From positions 62,001-126,000 of the forward strand of contig JAADVB010000015.1 in the NCBI GenBank assembly GCA_023334545.1: 64,000 nt of DNA, in the 5' to 3' direction. Source of the DNA: Salisapilia sapeloensis CBS 127946. Lineage: Eukaryota > Protista > Oomycota. The notes below the pieces were generated by a model. That model was given only the letters and a program-made list of their open reading frames with translations, was not told where the DNA came from and did not search any database. The position numbers were made by a program, and so were the translations under genes. Positions 1 through 12,222 of the stretch are shown in pieces. Position 1 is the stretch's first letter, and each line of letters starts with the position of its first letter.

Positions 1-712
1 GGTAGTTTGGCTTTTTCGTCATCAATCTGCTTCAAAATCTCAGCCTTTAGTTGCTGTTGATCTTGGTGCAAGTGCTGAATGCAGTCCTCATACGTATTAT
101 GCCTCCGCCCTAAAGGATTTACAGCATGATCCTTCGTAGCAACATATTTATCCACTTCTTTATGGAAACGTGGGAAGCTGTGGGCATACAATTTACATTT
201 TGCTAATACTTTGTACAGGATAGATGATACCTTAGCGACAAGATGTTGTGTTTCTTCGTCTTCTTTCTTCGCCTTTTCACTTTTGATCGACATACCGCTT
301 CTAGTTGTAGTTCAGAACTGCTACATAGAGTACCATGATGATCGCGATTGTAGTCTATTGTACGCATGCATGCTTCATGTTCGCTACTTGAAGGGGCTTG
401 CTTTGTCGTAGGCTTGGTAGCTTCCGCACCGACGCCACCATTTGTCTTTCGGTTGCGAACGGCAGGTAACTTTCGAGGTATCGCTTTCGTCATCTTTAAT
501 GGCTTTGCTCTTGATAAAGTTGGATCTACCCAGCTATATTCGCTTGTGCTTTGGCATCGCTTCGAGCTCTCTGCTGCATACATCTTGCATCTCTTCGACG
601 ATGGCTTTGAAAAAGTGGTTTTGTAGTCCTCTATCGTCTCTGCATCGACTCGCAGCCATGGATACTTGCTCACAAGTTGTGAAATATCCCAATTATTGCG
701 CTGCATGGGCAT
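1..712 (-). CDS. Hypothetical, probably multi-exon protein running off the left edge of the window
   Basis: 169-codon ORF 203-712, plus a further open stretch near the edge reading YEDCIQHLHQDQQQLKAEILKQIDDEKAKL after a putative ctttag acceptor. Exon structure not resolved and no family recognised. Confidence 0.35.
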
Positions 713-920
713 CAGAAGGAACTTAATGCTGCAGAGTACTTTGAGTTGGACAGCTTACCACGATTTCCTGTATGTAATTCAAAATGTCTATTTTTGCCTA
801 AAGTTTTTTCAAATAGCATGGATGCGCCAAGGGTATAAATCCGTTTGCATGTTCCTACAATGAATTATGATCAAGGGCTCACTTTGGGCAGCAGTCAACA
901 AAAATCTACTTCGTCTTCAA

Positions 921-2707
921 TCAATTCTCCAAGACACTGCCATCTTTCAACATCTTGCGCAGTGCAAACGAAATTTGCACTGCAGTTGGTCTCTCTTTCG
1001 GTTCGAAACTTAGACATTTATCTACCAGGTCGCGCATCGCCTCTGGGCAAACATCGGAGACATTTGGTTTGATTTCGCCACAGGCAACGCGATGCATAAG
1101 TGCAAAGTCTGGTAGCTTTCGTCCTCTTACATCCGTTGCATCGTATAGAGGCAGTTCATGTGTGTCCAGCTCAGTCAGAATGGCTCCAAAAGAGTACGAG
1201 TCGCAAGTGTGATCATAATATTCGCCAGCCACAACCTCTGGTGCAAGCCACTATGTCAAGAAAGGAGACAGTGAGCAATAATGATGGTGGAAAGGATAAA
1301 ATATTGATGTACATACCCGGGCACTTCCCACGGCCTGGGTGGTCATGGTGTTACTTTCCGACATGAGTCGAGCGGAGCCAAAGTCGCTCACTTTCGCGAC
1401 CATACCTTCTGATAATAGAACGTTGCGAGACTTGAGATCGCGATGGACGATAGGACGTTCAAAAGACTGAACGTATACAAGCGCTTCGGCACTGTCTATA
1501 GCGATGCAAAGCTTCTCTTTCGTCCAATGGCGAGGTACCATGGAGCGCTGTAAATAATCTCGCAAGTCACCATTGGACATGTATTCGAAGATAGCCTGGA
1601 AATCTGACTTCATAGTCCATGCGACGCCAATACACTTGATAATATTTGCATGCTCGATTCTTGCAACCAGCTTCACTTCATCCACAAACTTATCGAAAGC
1701 TACTGGATCCACGACGTTCCGTGCTAATCTCTTGGATGCGTAGTATGTGTTGTAGTACGACACGAGCCAGACGACTCCGTAAGCTCCAGAGCCTAGGACC
1801 TTGATGTCCTTAATGTCTGCGAAATTCAGCTTTTTGTCAACGAGCTCTCGGTCTCCCCATAGATCATAAACGCTGGAGCCAGTGGACGATTCACCAGTAC
1901 AGGTTGGAGGCATAGGCTGGGTTACCGTCTCAGTCATTGTCATTGCTCCACCTAGCGTAAAGCCCTCCTCTTCATCTTTTGCGGTTGGAGCTGGATTCCG
2001 TCGACGTAACCACCAGAATACGACACCAGCTACCACAAGAAGAGCAGCAATGATTGGAAGAACAAGTATGAGTATGTTGAGCCCACCTCTGTCCTCATCG
2101 TACGTACGATTTTCATACTCATCATATTCAAAAGTATCATCTGACTCACTCTGCGATTCGTCGTATGAGTTGCTTTCAGAATCTACGGCCGAGGACATTG
2201 ATAGGGCTAGTGCGGCTTCATTTTGCAGTATCCTCTCATCGACAAGATGCGGGTGCTCATAATCCGGGACGGTGTTACTCCCTTTTTTCTCTGTAAATCA
2301 AAGCATATCAATTTATCAGCTATACTTCAAAAGTAGAGTAAAAGCTTATGGGCACCTGGTAGACCACGAAGGTCACCTCGCATTCTACTCTTATAAAAAT
2401 CATTGCATAGGTCAGAATACGTTTTCTGGAGCTCCTTTAGATTCAAATAACCAAAGCTCTCCAAGTCGGACTCGCAGTCTGGAAGCTCTTTATACAAGTC
2501 TTGGTAAGTTCCAAGACACGAATCCGAACAGTCGTAGTTTAAAGTGAAATAATCCAGGCAAGAGGAGCCATCGGGCTGTAGTTCATCTCGCTCTTGAATC
2601 AGGTCGTACGATTGCATCGCCTCATCTTCAGTGCAATACTCGCTCAGAACATTTCGTACTGAAAATGCGCTCGATAGCACCGTGAGAAGGACAATCGGTG
2701 GATTCAT
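921..2707 (-). CDS. Receptor-like TKL protein kinase: signal peptide, six-Cys (elicitin-like) ectodomain, acidic stalk, TM helix, kinase domain; 3 exons
   Basis: Kinase motifs GSGAYGVV, YASK, HRDLKSRN, DFG. A 66-bp GTATGT..TAG intron (1251-1316) joins GSAR to WLAPE. A phase-1 intron ~2291-2355 joins ORF 2327-2707 in frame (EKKGSNTVPDYEHPHLVDERILQNEAALALS) to MSSAVDS of ORF 1251-2198. TM ILILVLPIIAALLVVAGVVFWWL-RRR. Kinase call is secure; the 5' exon join is inferred. Confidence 0.8.
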
Positions 2708-4175
2708 GACAAGTTAGCTTGGATTTGCAGTAATCTGCTGTGGTAGTGGTGGGAGGTCTTCGATGAAACTTGAAAAATGACCATGGTTTTTAGGTTTACA
2801 ATAGCGACGAAAGATCCCACACAAACGGTTAAGGTCATGAACAGTCGCCATGGCCTGCCCATTTTCAGCTAAAGACTCAACCTAGCTGGGCGTCCCATCA
2901 TGAAAAACTTCCATCATTCGGGTACAATCACAGTGAAGAGGCGCCAAAGGGACGAGAGAAGGGCCCAATCATCTATACGCCCAAGTTACCATCCTACGGA
3001 ATCCTTCGACCGGACTATACCATCGCAATATGCACAAGCGGTCTAACATTCCTTGAGCAACTTGGTATAGATTTCCTCGAAGCATGCTAAAGGACAGATA
3101 ACGCGAGATGCCATGTAATTTGTGTTCTTGAGATTTACAGCTAGAGCTGTAGCTCGAATGACACATGCTGATGTCAGCAGCGCCATCTTTAGGAACCTAG
3201 TGCTCAGAGACCATTAACCAATGACACGTGATCCATCGTTTGTTGTCGCAAATCCTGTACGCAGTTCAGCTTTTGAGCAAGGGGCATGATGTTAACACAA
3301 AGCGGCGGGTCCTACGTTCGGAGACAATTACGATGCTTCTCCTACCATGGCAAACATCTTTCGCTTGTAGGGAAGGCGCTAGACATGCAGTCTCTCACGT
3401 TCCTTGCGGACTCTCTGCTTGTGGGACATACATTAATCAGCTTTTTACCCCATGTGCTACAGCATGGATCAACGAACGGACGTTTGGTTCAAGCATGCTA
3501 TGTTTGTCATGATGAAAAGCTCCGTGGCTTGAATTGCTTAGCGTTTTTGCTCTATCGATGAGCGACACCGAATGAACTCCTGCAATGTGAAATTCAAAGT
3601 GAAGATAAAACACATAGCAATACACAATATCGTGGAGTAGTAGCCTTAGCAGATCGTACAGTAACGATCTCACAGCACACCTTATCCATTTCGGCGGCAT
3701 TGCATCGTCGTGCGTACACCGCATATCAACTCTTATATGAACATCACGTAGCGTGGTTTCTGCTAGTAAATCTTTACATAAAAACTAGAACATGAGATGC
3801 GAGGTGAGAAGGAAGCTGCAAGTGGATATTCCAACAAGGACTTTCATTCTCCGTCTCTAGCCCTTCAATGCGAGGTGGGTACTTGCTGCTTGTTGAAGCG
3901 TGTCACAAGCCCTGGACGATCGACATCTAACTATACGGCGATCCTTCCGGATACTAACCCACATCGAGACCGTTACACATTTCTCCCACAATGCGACGAG
4001 CAAAGGCACAGTCAATTTTCTTCTTACACCGCGTGCGGTCCCCTCCCGAAGGCAGTACACGTCAAAGCACGACCTGGTCTTGAAGAGCACCGTTTTTCCG
4101 AATTTTATACCTCGAGACACCTCTACTTGAAGCAATACTTGTCTATTCAGTATTCGACGGCAAAGAAAAGGGAGG

Positions 4176-4994
4176 ATGAACAAGCATTTTGTACTACGCA
4201 TATTATTCCTAGTCGCTGTGGCGCTATCGTTGGCGCAAACGTCAGCGCAGCAAGCGGCTGACGGGTCGCTAGACGCAGCAGCAGCGGCAGCAGCAGCAGC
4301 ATCGGCTTCCAGTGATGCCGCCAAGGACACGCCTGCCGCCGCAGCGTCTGCATCTGCATCCAGTGATGCCGCAACACCAACGACCACTCCTCCTGCAGCA
4401 GCAGCAGCAGCAGCAGCATCAGCGTCGAAAGACACACCCACACCGACGCCAAAACCAAATACACCTAATGTAACGCCGAAGAAAGACTCTAGTTCAGCTT
4501 CGTCTGACGGGAAGACTCCTACCAAGACCACACCGACGCCAACACCGACGCCAGTGACACCGGCACCGGCGGCAGCGACACCACCTCCTCCTGCTACGAC
4601 CACCATTGCACCTGAAGCTGCTGCGCCAGCCTTGCTAGACGGATCAGAAAGCAACACCGTCTACGGAACGCTGTCTCCATCCGCTTCGGCTGCTGCCGGC
4701 TCCGGCTCGAACGGCGGCTCAAGCTCGACTGGTGCGTGGCTAGTTCCCGCAATCATAGGCGCAGTACTCGTTGCCGCAGTGATATTTGTGTTTGTATATC
4801 TACAAATGCGGAAAGGAAGTGGTGGAAGACGCGACGACGAGTTTGTCGAAGTTCCGCCGACAAGAGCTTACAGTCGCAATGCGTCGAGAGCGTACTCTTC
4901 TCACAGCCGCGGTGGCGACAGTGCGATGGCCGTGACGCCGAACAAGGTTCCAGACGAGTCGGCAATGGGCCCGCCAATGCATTCTCGAGCTTAG
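4176..4994 (+). CDS. Type I membrane protein with signal peptide, Ala/Pro/Thr-rich mucin-like ectodomain and short cytoplasmic tail
   Basis: ORF 272 aa. Hydrophobic N-terminus LRILFLVAVALSLAQTSA, poly-Ala and TPTP runs, TM AWLVPAIIGAVLVAAVIFVFVYL. Confidence 0.8.
   Translation: MNKHFVLRILFLVAVALSLAQTSAQQAADGSLDAAAAAAAAASASSDAAKDTPAAAASASASSDAATPTTTPPAAAAAAAASASKDTPTPTPKPNTPNVTPKKDSSSASSDGKTPTKTTPTPTPTPVTPAPAAATPPPPATTTIAPEAAAPALLDGSESNTVYGTLSPSASAAAGSGSNGGSSSTGAWLVPAIIGAVLVAAVIFVFVYLQMRKGSGGRRDDEFVEVPPTRAYSRNASRAYSSHSRGGDSAMAVTPNKVPDESAMGPPMHSRA
4395..4418 (+). repeat. (GCA)8 coding microsatellite (poly-Ala); a related imperfect run lies at 4275-4301
   Basis: Directly visible trinucleotide repeats. 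Confidence 0.9.
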
Positions 4995-5335
4995 TATATG
5001 CACTAGACTGATGGACATTAAATGTCGAATGACCGGGCTTCGTGTCAGCAACATGAAGTGAGGGAGTAGTTCCCATGAATCTTGAAAGCATGATATGGCC
5101 CTGTAGCAAAGACTAACAATCGAACAGAATTTTTTTACGGAGAAAGCATGCATCGTTCATCTTGCTCTCGGCAAAACGTACGCCCGAGACGGATTTCTAT
5201 TTATCTTCTAACCTTTGAATCTTCTGCTTCCTGCGATGAAACGTCCTGGAGGAGTTTCGCCCCCATTCCTGTAGAGTCCGTCGCTGGTGCAGTTCCTGAG
5301 TAGATCGGTGTAAGTCTCGAACTGGACGAAACGAG

Positions 5336-8300
5336 ATGGCGACGATCAACTTGGCACATCGGTACATCACTGCTAGATAAGCATAATGTATCCTCCGTTG
5401 CTTATACCGGACGTAGACATATCTTTGGGCACAAGAACGATGTACAGATGGCTGTAGCTCACATCGATGACCAGGCCGTTGTCTATGCTGCTGGGCACTT
5501 GGTGGTGGTGTACCATATCGATGAGCAAAGACAAAAGTTTCTTCCTTGCTCGGAATCGACGGACGGAATCTCTGCGCTAGCATTCTCCGAGAACAAGCGG
5601 TTTCTAGCAGTTGCCGAAGTAAGCAATCGAGCGCTTATCAGTATCATCGATCTGAAGACGCTAAAGAAGCGAAAGGTATTTAGTATCGGCGATGATTTCC
5701 AGGGAAAGACGATCGTCAGTATGGCTTTCAGTCCAGACAGCCAGCATTTACTTGCACAATGTGGAGGTCCTGACTGGACACTTACGTATTGGAACTGGGG
5801 AAAAGGCAAATGCGTGGCGTCTGTGGTAAGTCCGTTGAACGTACCATCTTATGGGCACAGTAGTACGACTTCTACGCATCAATTGTCGTCATACTCCGGC
5901 ATGGGTGCTACCTTTCGACATCTTCCATCGTCAAGTGCAGCTGTAGCCACCGGTGGGCAGAGTTCGATGGGCGCATCCGATGGTGTTTCAGCGACAAACA
6001 GCGGAACGACTTCGCCTACGCTTCTAGCTACCTGCTGCTCCTTTTGTGGCGATGACCCGTCGTTGATCTGCGTTACTGGTCCCAGTTTAGTTCGCTTCTT
6101 TCGAATCGCTGACAGCACCCTGCGTCCATTGCCCAGCACACGTCTTGACGAATCGAGCAATGTTTTGTGCCACACCTGGCTGAAGCAGCGAGATCATGCT
6201 TTAATTGCAGGCACGAGCATGGGCGACTTGCTCCTGTTTAACGAAGGAGAGTTTATAACTCGATTACCAGCATCACCAGGCAAAGAGAATGGTGTGCATT
6301 CAATCATAGCTACATCCAAAGGCGTTGTATGTGGTCTCGCAGATTCGACGATCATCCTGTATGGCGTGAATCTAAGCTGTCGACTGACAAAGCCTTCAGA
6401 GGATAGCACTGACAGTGTCCACACTTCGTCCGGACCCAGTGAAGTTCTATACTTTCAGCGTTCGATTCAACTCGAGGCCGATCCGTATCCGATAACGACG
6501 TTGAGTGTAAATCTGAGCGAAAAGCAGATCGTGGCGTCTCTCGCGAGCAATCAACTCGTTAAATTTACGTATGAGGCGCAACCTGGAGCACTTGGTGGTG
6601 GCATAAGTTCGGCGCTATCGAATGTGGTATCCAGTGTACCCAGCGTAACAGAAGCTAAAGATGAAACACAAACTGTTGCAGACTCCACTTCCCCTGCAAC
6701 TCTGGCTCCAGTTGCTATCGTTCCAAAGGCGGACGATATCAACAATTTGCTCACCGCATTCCACCGTCCAGGAGAATCCCACGGACTGCCATACGTCACT
6801 GGCCTCGACACTTGCGTTCGAAAGCCAATGCTAGTCACCTGTGGCCTTGATCGTTCCGTTCGTATCTGGAACTACTTGGAGCATACTTGCGAATTGACCA
6901 AAACATTTGGAGAAGAAGTATACAGTGTTGCTTGCCATCCGTCCGGACTTCATATTCTTGCTGGGTTTGCCGACAAGTTGCGACTAATGAATGTCCTGAT
7001 GGAAGACCTTCGCGTCGTGAAAGAGTTTTCGGTGAAGGCGTGTCGAGAATGTCAATTTGCCACCGGCGGGCATCTCTTTGCTGCTGTAAATGGAAATACG
7101 ATTCAAGTATTTACTTTGCTGACTGGCGAATTGCTCACCACTTTGCGTGGACATAACGGCAAGGTCCGTAGCTTGCACTGGAATGCAGACGACTCAGGAC
7201 TCTTGTCTGCCGGTATGGACGGTGCTGTCTACCTCTGGGATTTGGATGAATCGAAACGAGACGCCGAGTTCGTTCAAAAGGGCGTACCGTACTACTCAGC
7301 TGTTCTCACGCGTGACGGTAGCACCGTCTATGCCGTCGGACAGGACCGACTGCTGAAAGAGCTTGAATTTCCAACGTCTCAGCTTGTCCATGAGCTGACG
7401 AGTGACGTCGTTGTTGGTCAAATCGCACTCGCTCATTCGCAGCGTCTGCTATTTGCAGCAACTTCAGAACCAGACAAACCAGGTCGCCTTCGCGTCTACC
7501 GACTTCCAATATACGGATCGGCGGATGGCGTTGAAAACGCTGTCTCGAACGCATCCGAGTTTCAGGCGCTGAGTAAACCGATCACACGTCTTCGAGTCTC
7601 GTACGATGACAAGTATCTCTTTTGCTCCGGGGAAGACGGTTGCATCGCGATCTTCGAGATTCGAGATAAAGAAGCTGGTAGAGCTCAAGCAGGACGTGGT
7701 GGTGCATTGGCGACTGGGTTGCAAGCTGTAGGTGGATACTTGAGTTCTACTGGAGGTGGTAGCTCAGGCGGTGGGTTTTCAGAAGAGGTACTGGTAACCA
7801 GAAGTGATTTGGAAGAGAAGCAGACGGTAACTCAGGAGCTAAAGACAAAGGTAGACGAATTGATGCTGCAGAATGAGTATCAGCTACGTCTGAAAGATAT
7901 GACGTACAACGAAGCGTTGAAAGATTTAACGGAGCGATTTACGCATGAAATTGACCAAGAGAAAAACAAGTTTGAATTACTACGTGAAGATAAGAACGAT
8001 CTGGAGATGGAGTACGAAGAGCAGCTGAAGCAACTTGAAGAAAAACACGTTCATGCGCTTCAGGCACTCGAGGCAGACGCACAGCATCGTATCATGACTG
8101 AGGTCGAAAAGTATCAGGAAGCACTTGCCCAACGCGACGCCCAGCGAGCGCACTGGGAGAAAGAACGTGCTAGACTCCAGGCGACGCACGAGCGATATGT
8201 AAGCGAAGTCACGGATGACTTTGAACAACGATTAAGTGAAGAGCATCAACTACGTGTTCAGATGGAAGAAGAGAACGATGAGTTGGACCGTGAATATGCG

Positions 8301-9422
8301 GAAACGGTGGCACAGATTGAAGCTGATGTGGATGAAGAGATCGAAAATTTGAAGAAAAAGTATGAAGCAAAGCTACAGGCCGAACGGGAAGCAACACTGC
8401 GCTTTAAAGGTGAGAACGGTATCATGAAAAAGAAGTTTTCAGCATTGCAGAAAGACATTGAAGACCAACGAGACACAATTAAGACGCTGTTGGAGAAGGA
8501 GAAGGCTTTAATTGAACAGATCAAAAGCTTGGAAAAAGAGATCCAGGCGTTGAAACGCGAGATCCGGTCTCGAGACGAAACTATCGGAGAGAAAGAGAAG
8601 CGCATCTACGATCTAAAGAAAAAGAACCAGGAGCTGGAGAAGTTCAAGTTCGTGCTTGACTACAAGATCAAAGAGCTGAAGCGGCAGATTGAGCCACGAG
8701 AGACTGAGATAAGCGACATGAAGACGCAGATCCGGGATATGGACAAAGAGCTGGAGCTGTTCCACAAGTCGAATGCCCAGTTGGATGCCTTGATCGGTGA
8801 GCAGCGCCAACGACTTGATGCGATGGGTGCGGAACTTGCTGCGCACCGATGCACCATCGGGAAACAGTGCTCTTGGCGTCGTCGATTCCGCTGTGACTTG
8901 TACGACTGCGTGCAGCATATTCAAGATCCAGAAGCGTTGCGTTTACAAGTAGCAGAGCTATACCAAAGGTACGCTTCCAAAGCGCAGACAGCCAAGGCGG
9001 TCGAGTCTGACATTCAGCAGGAGTACTCGCGTCAGAAAGAGTATCTCGAGACGGCCGTGAAAGAGCTGAAGAAGCAGTACGCCCACGAAAACACAGGTCA
9101 TCAAGAAGAACACTTGCGCGCGACGGCGAGTAACATGGTGCTCATCCAAGAAATCAATGAGCTGAGATCATTGATCACGAGCTCTAGAGCGACACTGCAA
9201 ATGGAGCGAGCAGCTATGCAGACTCGCGCGAGGGAGAATCAGATGCAACAGAACAACTCACCGAAGCACAGGGAGCAGGAGGATTTGGACGATGTTATTC
9301 GTCGACAGCAAAAGGAGATTGACAGCTTACAGAAGCAAATCCAAGCGATTGAGGAACGAATGCTGACTCCAACAAAAGAAACGGAAGGCATGTTCCCACC
9401 CATTCGAGGTATCGATGGTTAG
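5336..9422 (+). CDS. CFAP57: Cilia- and flagella-associated protein 57 (WD40 repeats + long C-terminal coiled coil); 2 exons
   Basis: ATG 5336 and intron 5362-5416 give MATINLAHR-HIFGHKNDVQ. Recalled CFAP57/WDR65 motifs: RQKFLPCSE..ALAFSENKRFLAVAE, LVTCGLDRSVRIWNY, ILAGFADKLRLMN, and the coiled coil IYDLKKKNQELEKFKFVLDYKIKELKRQIEPRE. Confidence 0.9.
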
Positions 9423-9517
9423 TTTACATAGAAAAAGAATCTGGTCGGTTGTTGTCAAAGCTGCTGAATGCGAATCCGAGTATCATTTCGTTATAAAGAA
9501 ACCTGTCTTGTTCGGCT

Positions 9518-10697
9518 TTACAGCCGGAGCATGACTTTGGCATTGTCTCGTAGAATCTTGCTCTGATCTTCTTTCGTCAAGTCCGAGAGGATGTCGTAGT
9601 TGCTAACAGTGGACGCCCACGTCCCTCCCATCTTGTCGCTCTCGTCTTGAGGAGGGAAAAAAGGATGGTCGGTGCCCCACACGACTCGATCAATCCCAGC
9701 AAATTCAATTAGGCAGTGTAGTGCCGGTGGGTGATACGCCACTCCATCGTACCAGAATCGTGTTTTCAAGTAGTGGCTAGGCGGATGTTTTAACTTGGCA
9801 TTTAGTGCTGGGTCATGGGCTACACAACTGTCGAGTCTGCCTGCGAGGAATGGCATGGTGCCCCCAGAGTGAGCGAGTAGAATCTGGAGGTCAGGCGAGA
9901 CTTGGTCCAGAAGACCACTCAGTAAGAGTCGAGAGACTGCAGCAGTCGTTTCGAATGTAAAGCCGAGAGCCAAATGGAGGGCATGACCGTAGTCTGTGAA
10001 TCGCTCGTTACCAAGGCCATAATGAGGATGTAGAAAGATGGTAAGACCGAGGTCTGCAACCTATTAAAAAGCATATAACTAGATGAATGCAACTGATGTG
10101 CGAGTGGAACGCACCTTTTGATAGAAGGAAAGCATATGAGGATCGTCAAGTCCGTTGCCCAGTCCCTTTGTGCCAAGGATGACTCCCTTCACATTGTCCA
10201 ACGTAGCAATGTGATCCAGCTCTTCTAGAGCTTCATGCAAACCCTGTTCGCATACATAAGCAACAGGACTAAAGGACCCGAAAGAAGAAATGTACTTGAG
10301 GGATGACACCAAATGACAAGAAGCGAGAGCTATGAGTTCGACAGATATCCCTCATGTCCTCGTTTAAGCTTTTCGCCAAGGTCTTTTGCTCCGAAAGAGA
10401 CAAAAAGTCGAGCCACGGATTGGCTAGACTAAGCAAGGACGTTTGTATGCCATGGACATCCATGTACGCGATCTTTCGATCCATGCTATAATACTCTTCC
10501 CCAATCGGACGTCCAGAAGCAATGCCTTCCTTGCCACTGTTTCCTTCCAACTCCTTTTGTTCATCCGGAAGGATGATCAACCGATCTTGACCGTCTATAC
10601 TACGGACAAAAGGGACGCTATCGCGACTGCGTAACATTTCCATGTATCGAGGCAGGTAGACATGAGTATGGAGGTCGATAGATTGCAACTCGTTCAT
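9518..10697 (-). CDS. Amidohydrolase-2 family decarboxylase, most similar to fungal iso-orotate (uracil-5-carboxylate) decarboxylase (IDCase); 3 exons
   Basis: Introns 10244-10295 (52 bp) and 10061-10114 (54 bp) join three ORFs. Motifs IDLHTHVY, GRP, SLANPWLDFL, GVILGTKGLGNGLDDP, FLHPHYGL, LALGFTFETT, LLAHSGGTMPFLAGRLDSCVAHD, GTDHPFFPP. Confidence 0.85.
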
Positions 10698-10917
10698 GGC
10701 ATTTTTACCCTGTCTACACTCAGAAATGAACTTTTTGTATAAAAGGAGAGGAATGGAGTTGCATTTACACACGCAAGAGCTTGGCAAACGCTTTCGACAT
10801 GATGCTCGGGATGGAACGATGGGCAATATCAGATAAGCAGAAGCTTAACGCCCCTAAAGTACTCCAGCAGCTGATTTTGGCGTAAAGTTAGAGCCACGAG
10901 CAAACCACCAAAACGAG

Positions 10918-11871
10918 ATGAACCGAGCGATTGCGGCGGCGGTGGCTCGCCATCGACTACTTGCTCAAGCCTCTACGAGCGTGCGATCCGTGCAACCCAT
11001 CCTTGCACGGACGTTTGCAGACAAGTCGAATGACATTAAAGAAAAGGTGCAGGTACTTCGACATGAGGGAGCGTCCAAGATGAGCCATGCCAAGACTGAG
11101 CAGCATATTGCCGGATTACAACAGCAGATTCGCGAGGCTTACAGTAAAGGAGACTACAAAACTGCACTGGAAGTAGGCTTCGACTGCCGTGACGCGATTC
11201 GAGATCACTTTGGCGAAGCCCATCCTGTATTTGCGAGTGCCGTCACGAACATTGCGCTCATGCACAAGAATTTGGGAGAGCATGAAGAAGCCGTGAGTGC
11301 GTACGAGTTTGCATTGCGGACGTACAAGGAGTCTGTGGGCGAACAGCACGCTTCCTTTGCGACTACTTTGTACAACCTGGCGTTCGTGTACAAGTCGCTG
11401 GCGCTGGAGACGCAAGGAATGGAGAAACTGAATGCTCGTGAGAGTGCGTTAGAGTGCTTCAACGAGTGCCTGAATATCCGTCGGGAGATTCTGGATCCCA
11501 CTCATACGGACATTGCTCTCTGCTTGAGCAACATTGGCGTCTTGAAAGCCCAGAACAAGAAGACTACTGAGGGCATTGAAGACGCCGAGAAGGCGAGAGA
11601 CATGATGGAGAAGAAATTAGGAAAGGAAAGTGGAATGACGGCGCTGACTCTGAACAATCTAGCGTATGTATATAAAGAGGCAGGCCGGTTCGACGAGAGC
11701 ATTCGCTTGTTCGAGGACACGGTGGCGATCCGCAAGTCTGTGCTCGGTGAAGCGCACAACGAGACGATCATGGCCATGCACAACCTGGCCGAAGCCCATC
11801 GAGCGAACGGAAGTGAGGAGAAGGCGGTAGACATTCAGAATCAGATCGTCGCCATCTTCGATGCGGAGTAG
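10918..11871 (+). CDS. TPR-repeat protein (kinesin-light-chain-like TPRs) with probable mitochondrial presequence
   Basis: Repeated HPxxAxxxxNlA..y...G.y.eA units. Arg/Ala-rich N-terminus lacking acidic residues. Confidence 0.8.
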   Translation: MNRAIAAAVARHRLLAQASTSVRSVQPILARTFADKSNDIKEKVQVLRHEGASKMSHAKTEQHIAGLQQQIREAYSKGDYKTALEVGFDCRDAIRDHFGEAHPVFASAVTNIALMHKNLGEHEEAVSAYEFALRTYKESVGEQHASFATTLYNLAFVYKSLALETQGMEKLNARESALECFNECLNIRREILDPTHTDIALCLSNIGVLKAQNKKTTEGIEDAEKARDMMEKKLGKESGMTALTLNNLAYVYKEAGRFDESIRLFEDTVAIRKSVLGEAHNETIMAMHNLAEAHRANGSEEKAVDIQNQIVAIFDAE

Positions 11872-12164
11872 AACGTGAAGCGACATAAAAATCCTATTTT
11901 TCAGATAGTTGAGAAACGTATTGAAAAATTTCAAATTTAGTTTCTTTTGGCGGATGGCGGAACATCGATGGACTTGATTTTTGTATGTACCAAGCAAAGG
12001 GTGCAACCGAGAAGAGCGATATGCACATCTGGCCGTCAACTGAAGCGTGTAGAAGTGGGTGGTACACTCGGGAGATGGATACCGAAAGTGAGACAAGGTC
12101 TCGGGTGAAAATTGACGATTAAAGTTTTGCTCGAAGGAAATGGTGAGGTTGGTAGTCTGCATCT

Positions 12165-12177
12165 TCATTTCCGAATT
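12165..12177 (+). promoter_or_regulatory. Oomycete-type INR+FPR core promoter motif (TCATTTCCGAATT) upstream of the His-rich small ORF
   Basis: Matches the recalled YCATTY-nnn-WTT consensus and lies 58 bp before ATG 12223. Confidence 0.6.
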
Positions 12178-12222
12178 GGACGAGCAACACACAAGCCAGT
12201 ACATTCTACAACAACAACAACC

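Noticed and set aside
3857-4657. 266-aa minus-strand Ala/Gly/Val-rich ORF
   Set aside because: Antisense shadow of the repetitive mucin-like gene at 4176-4994; no independent features.
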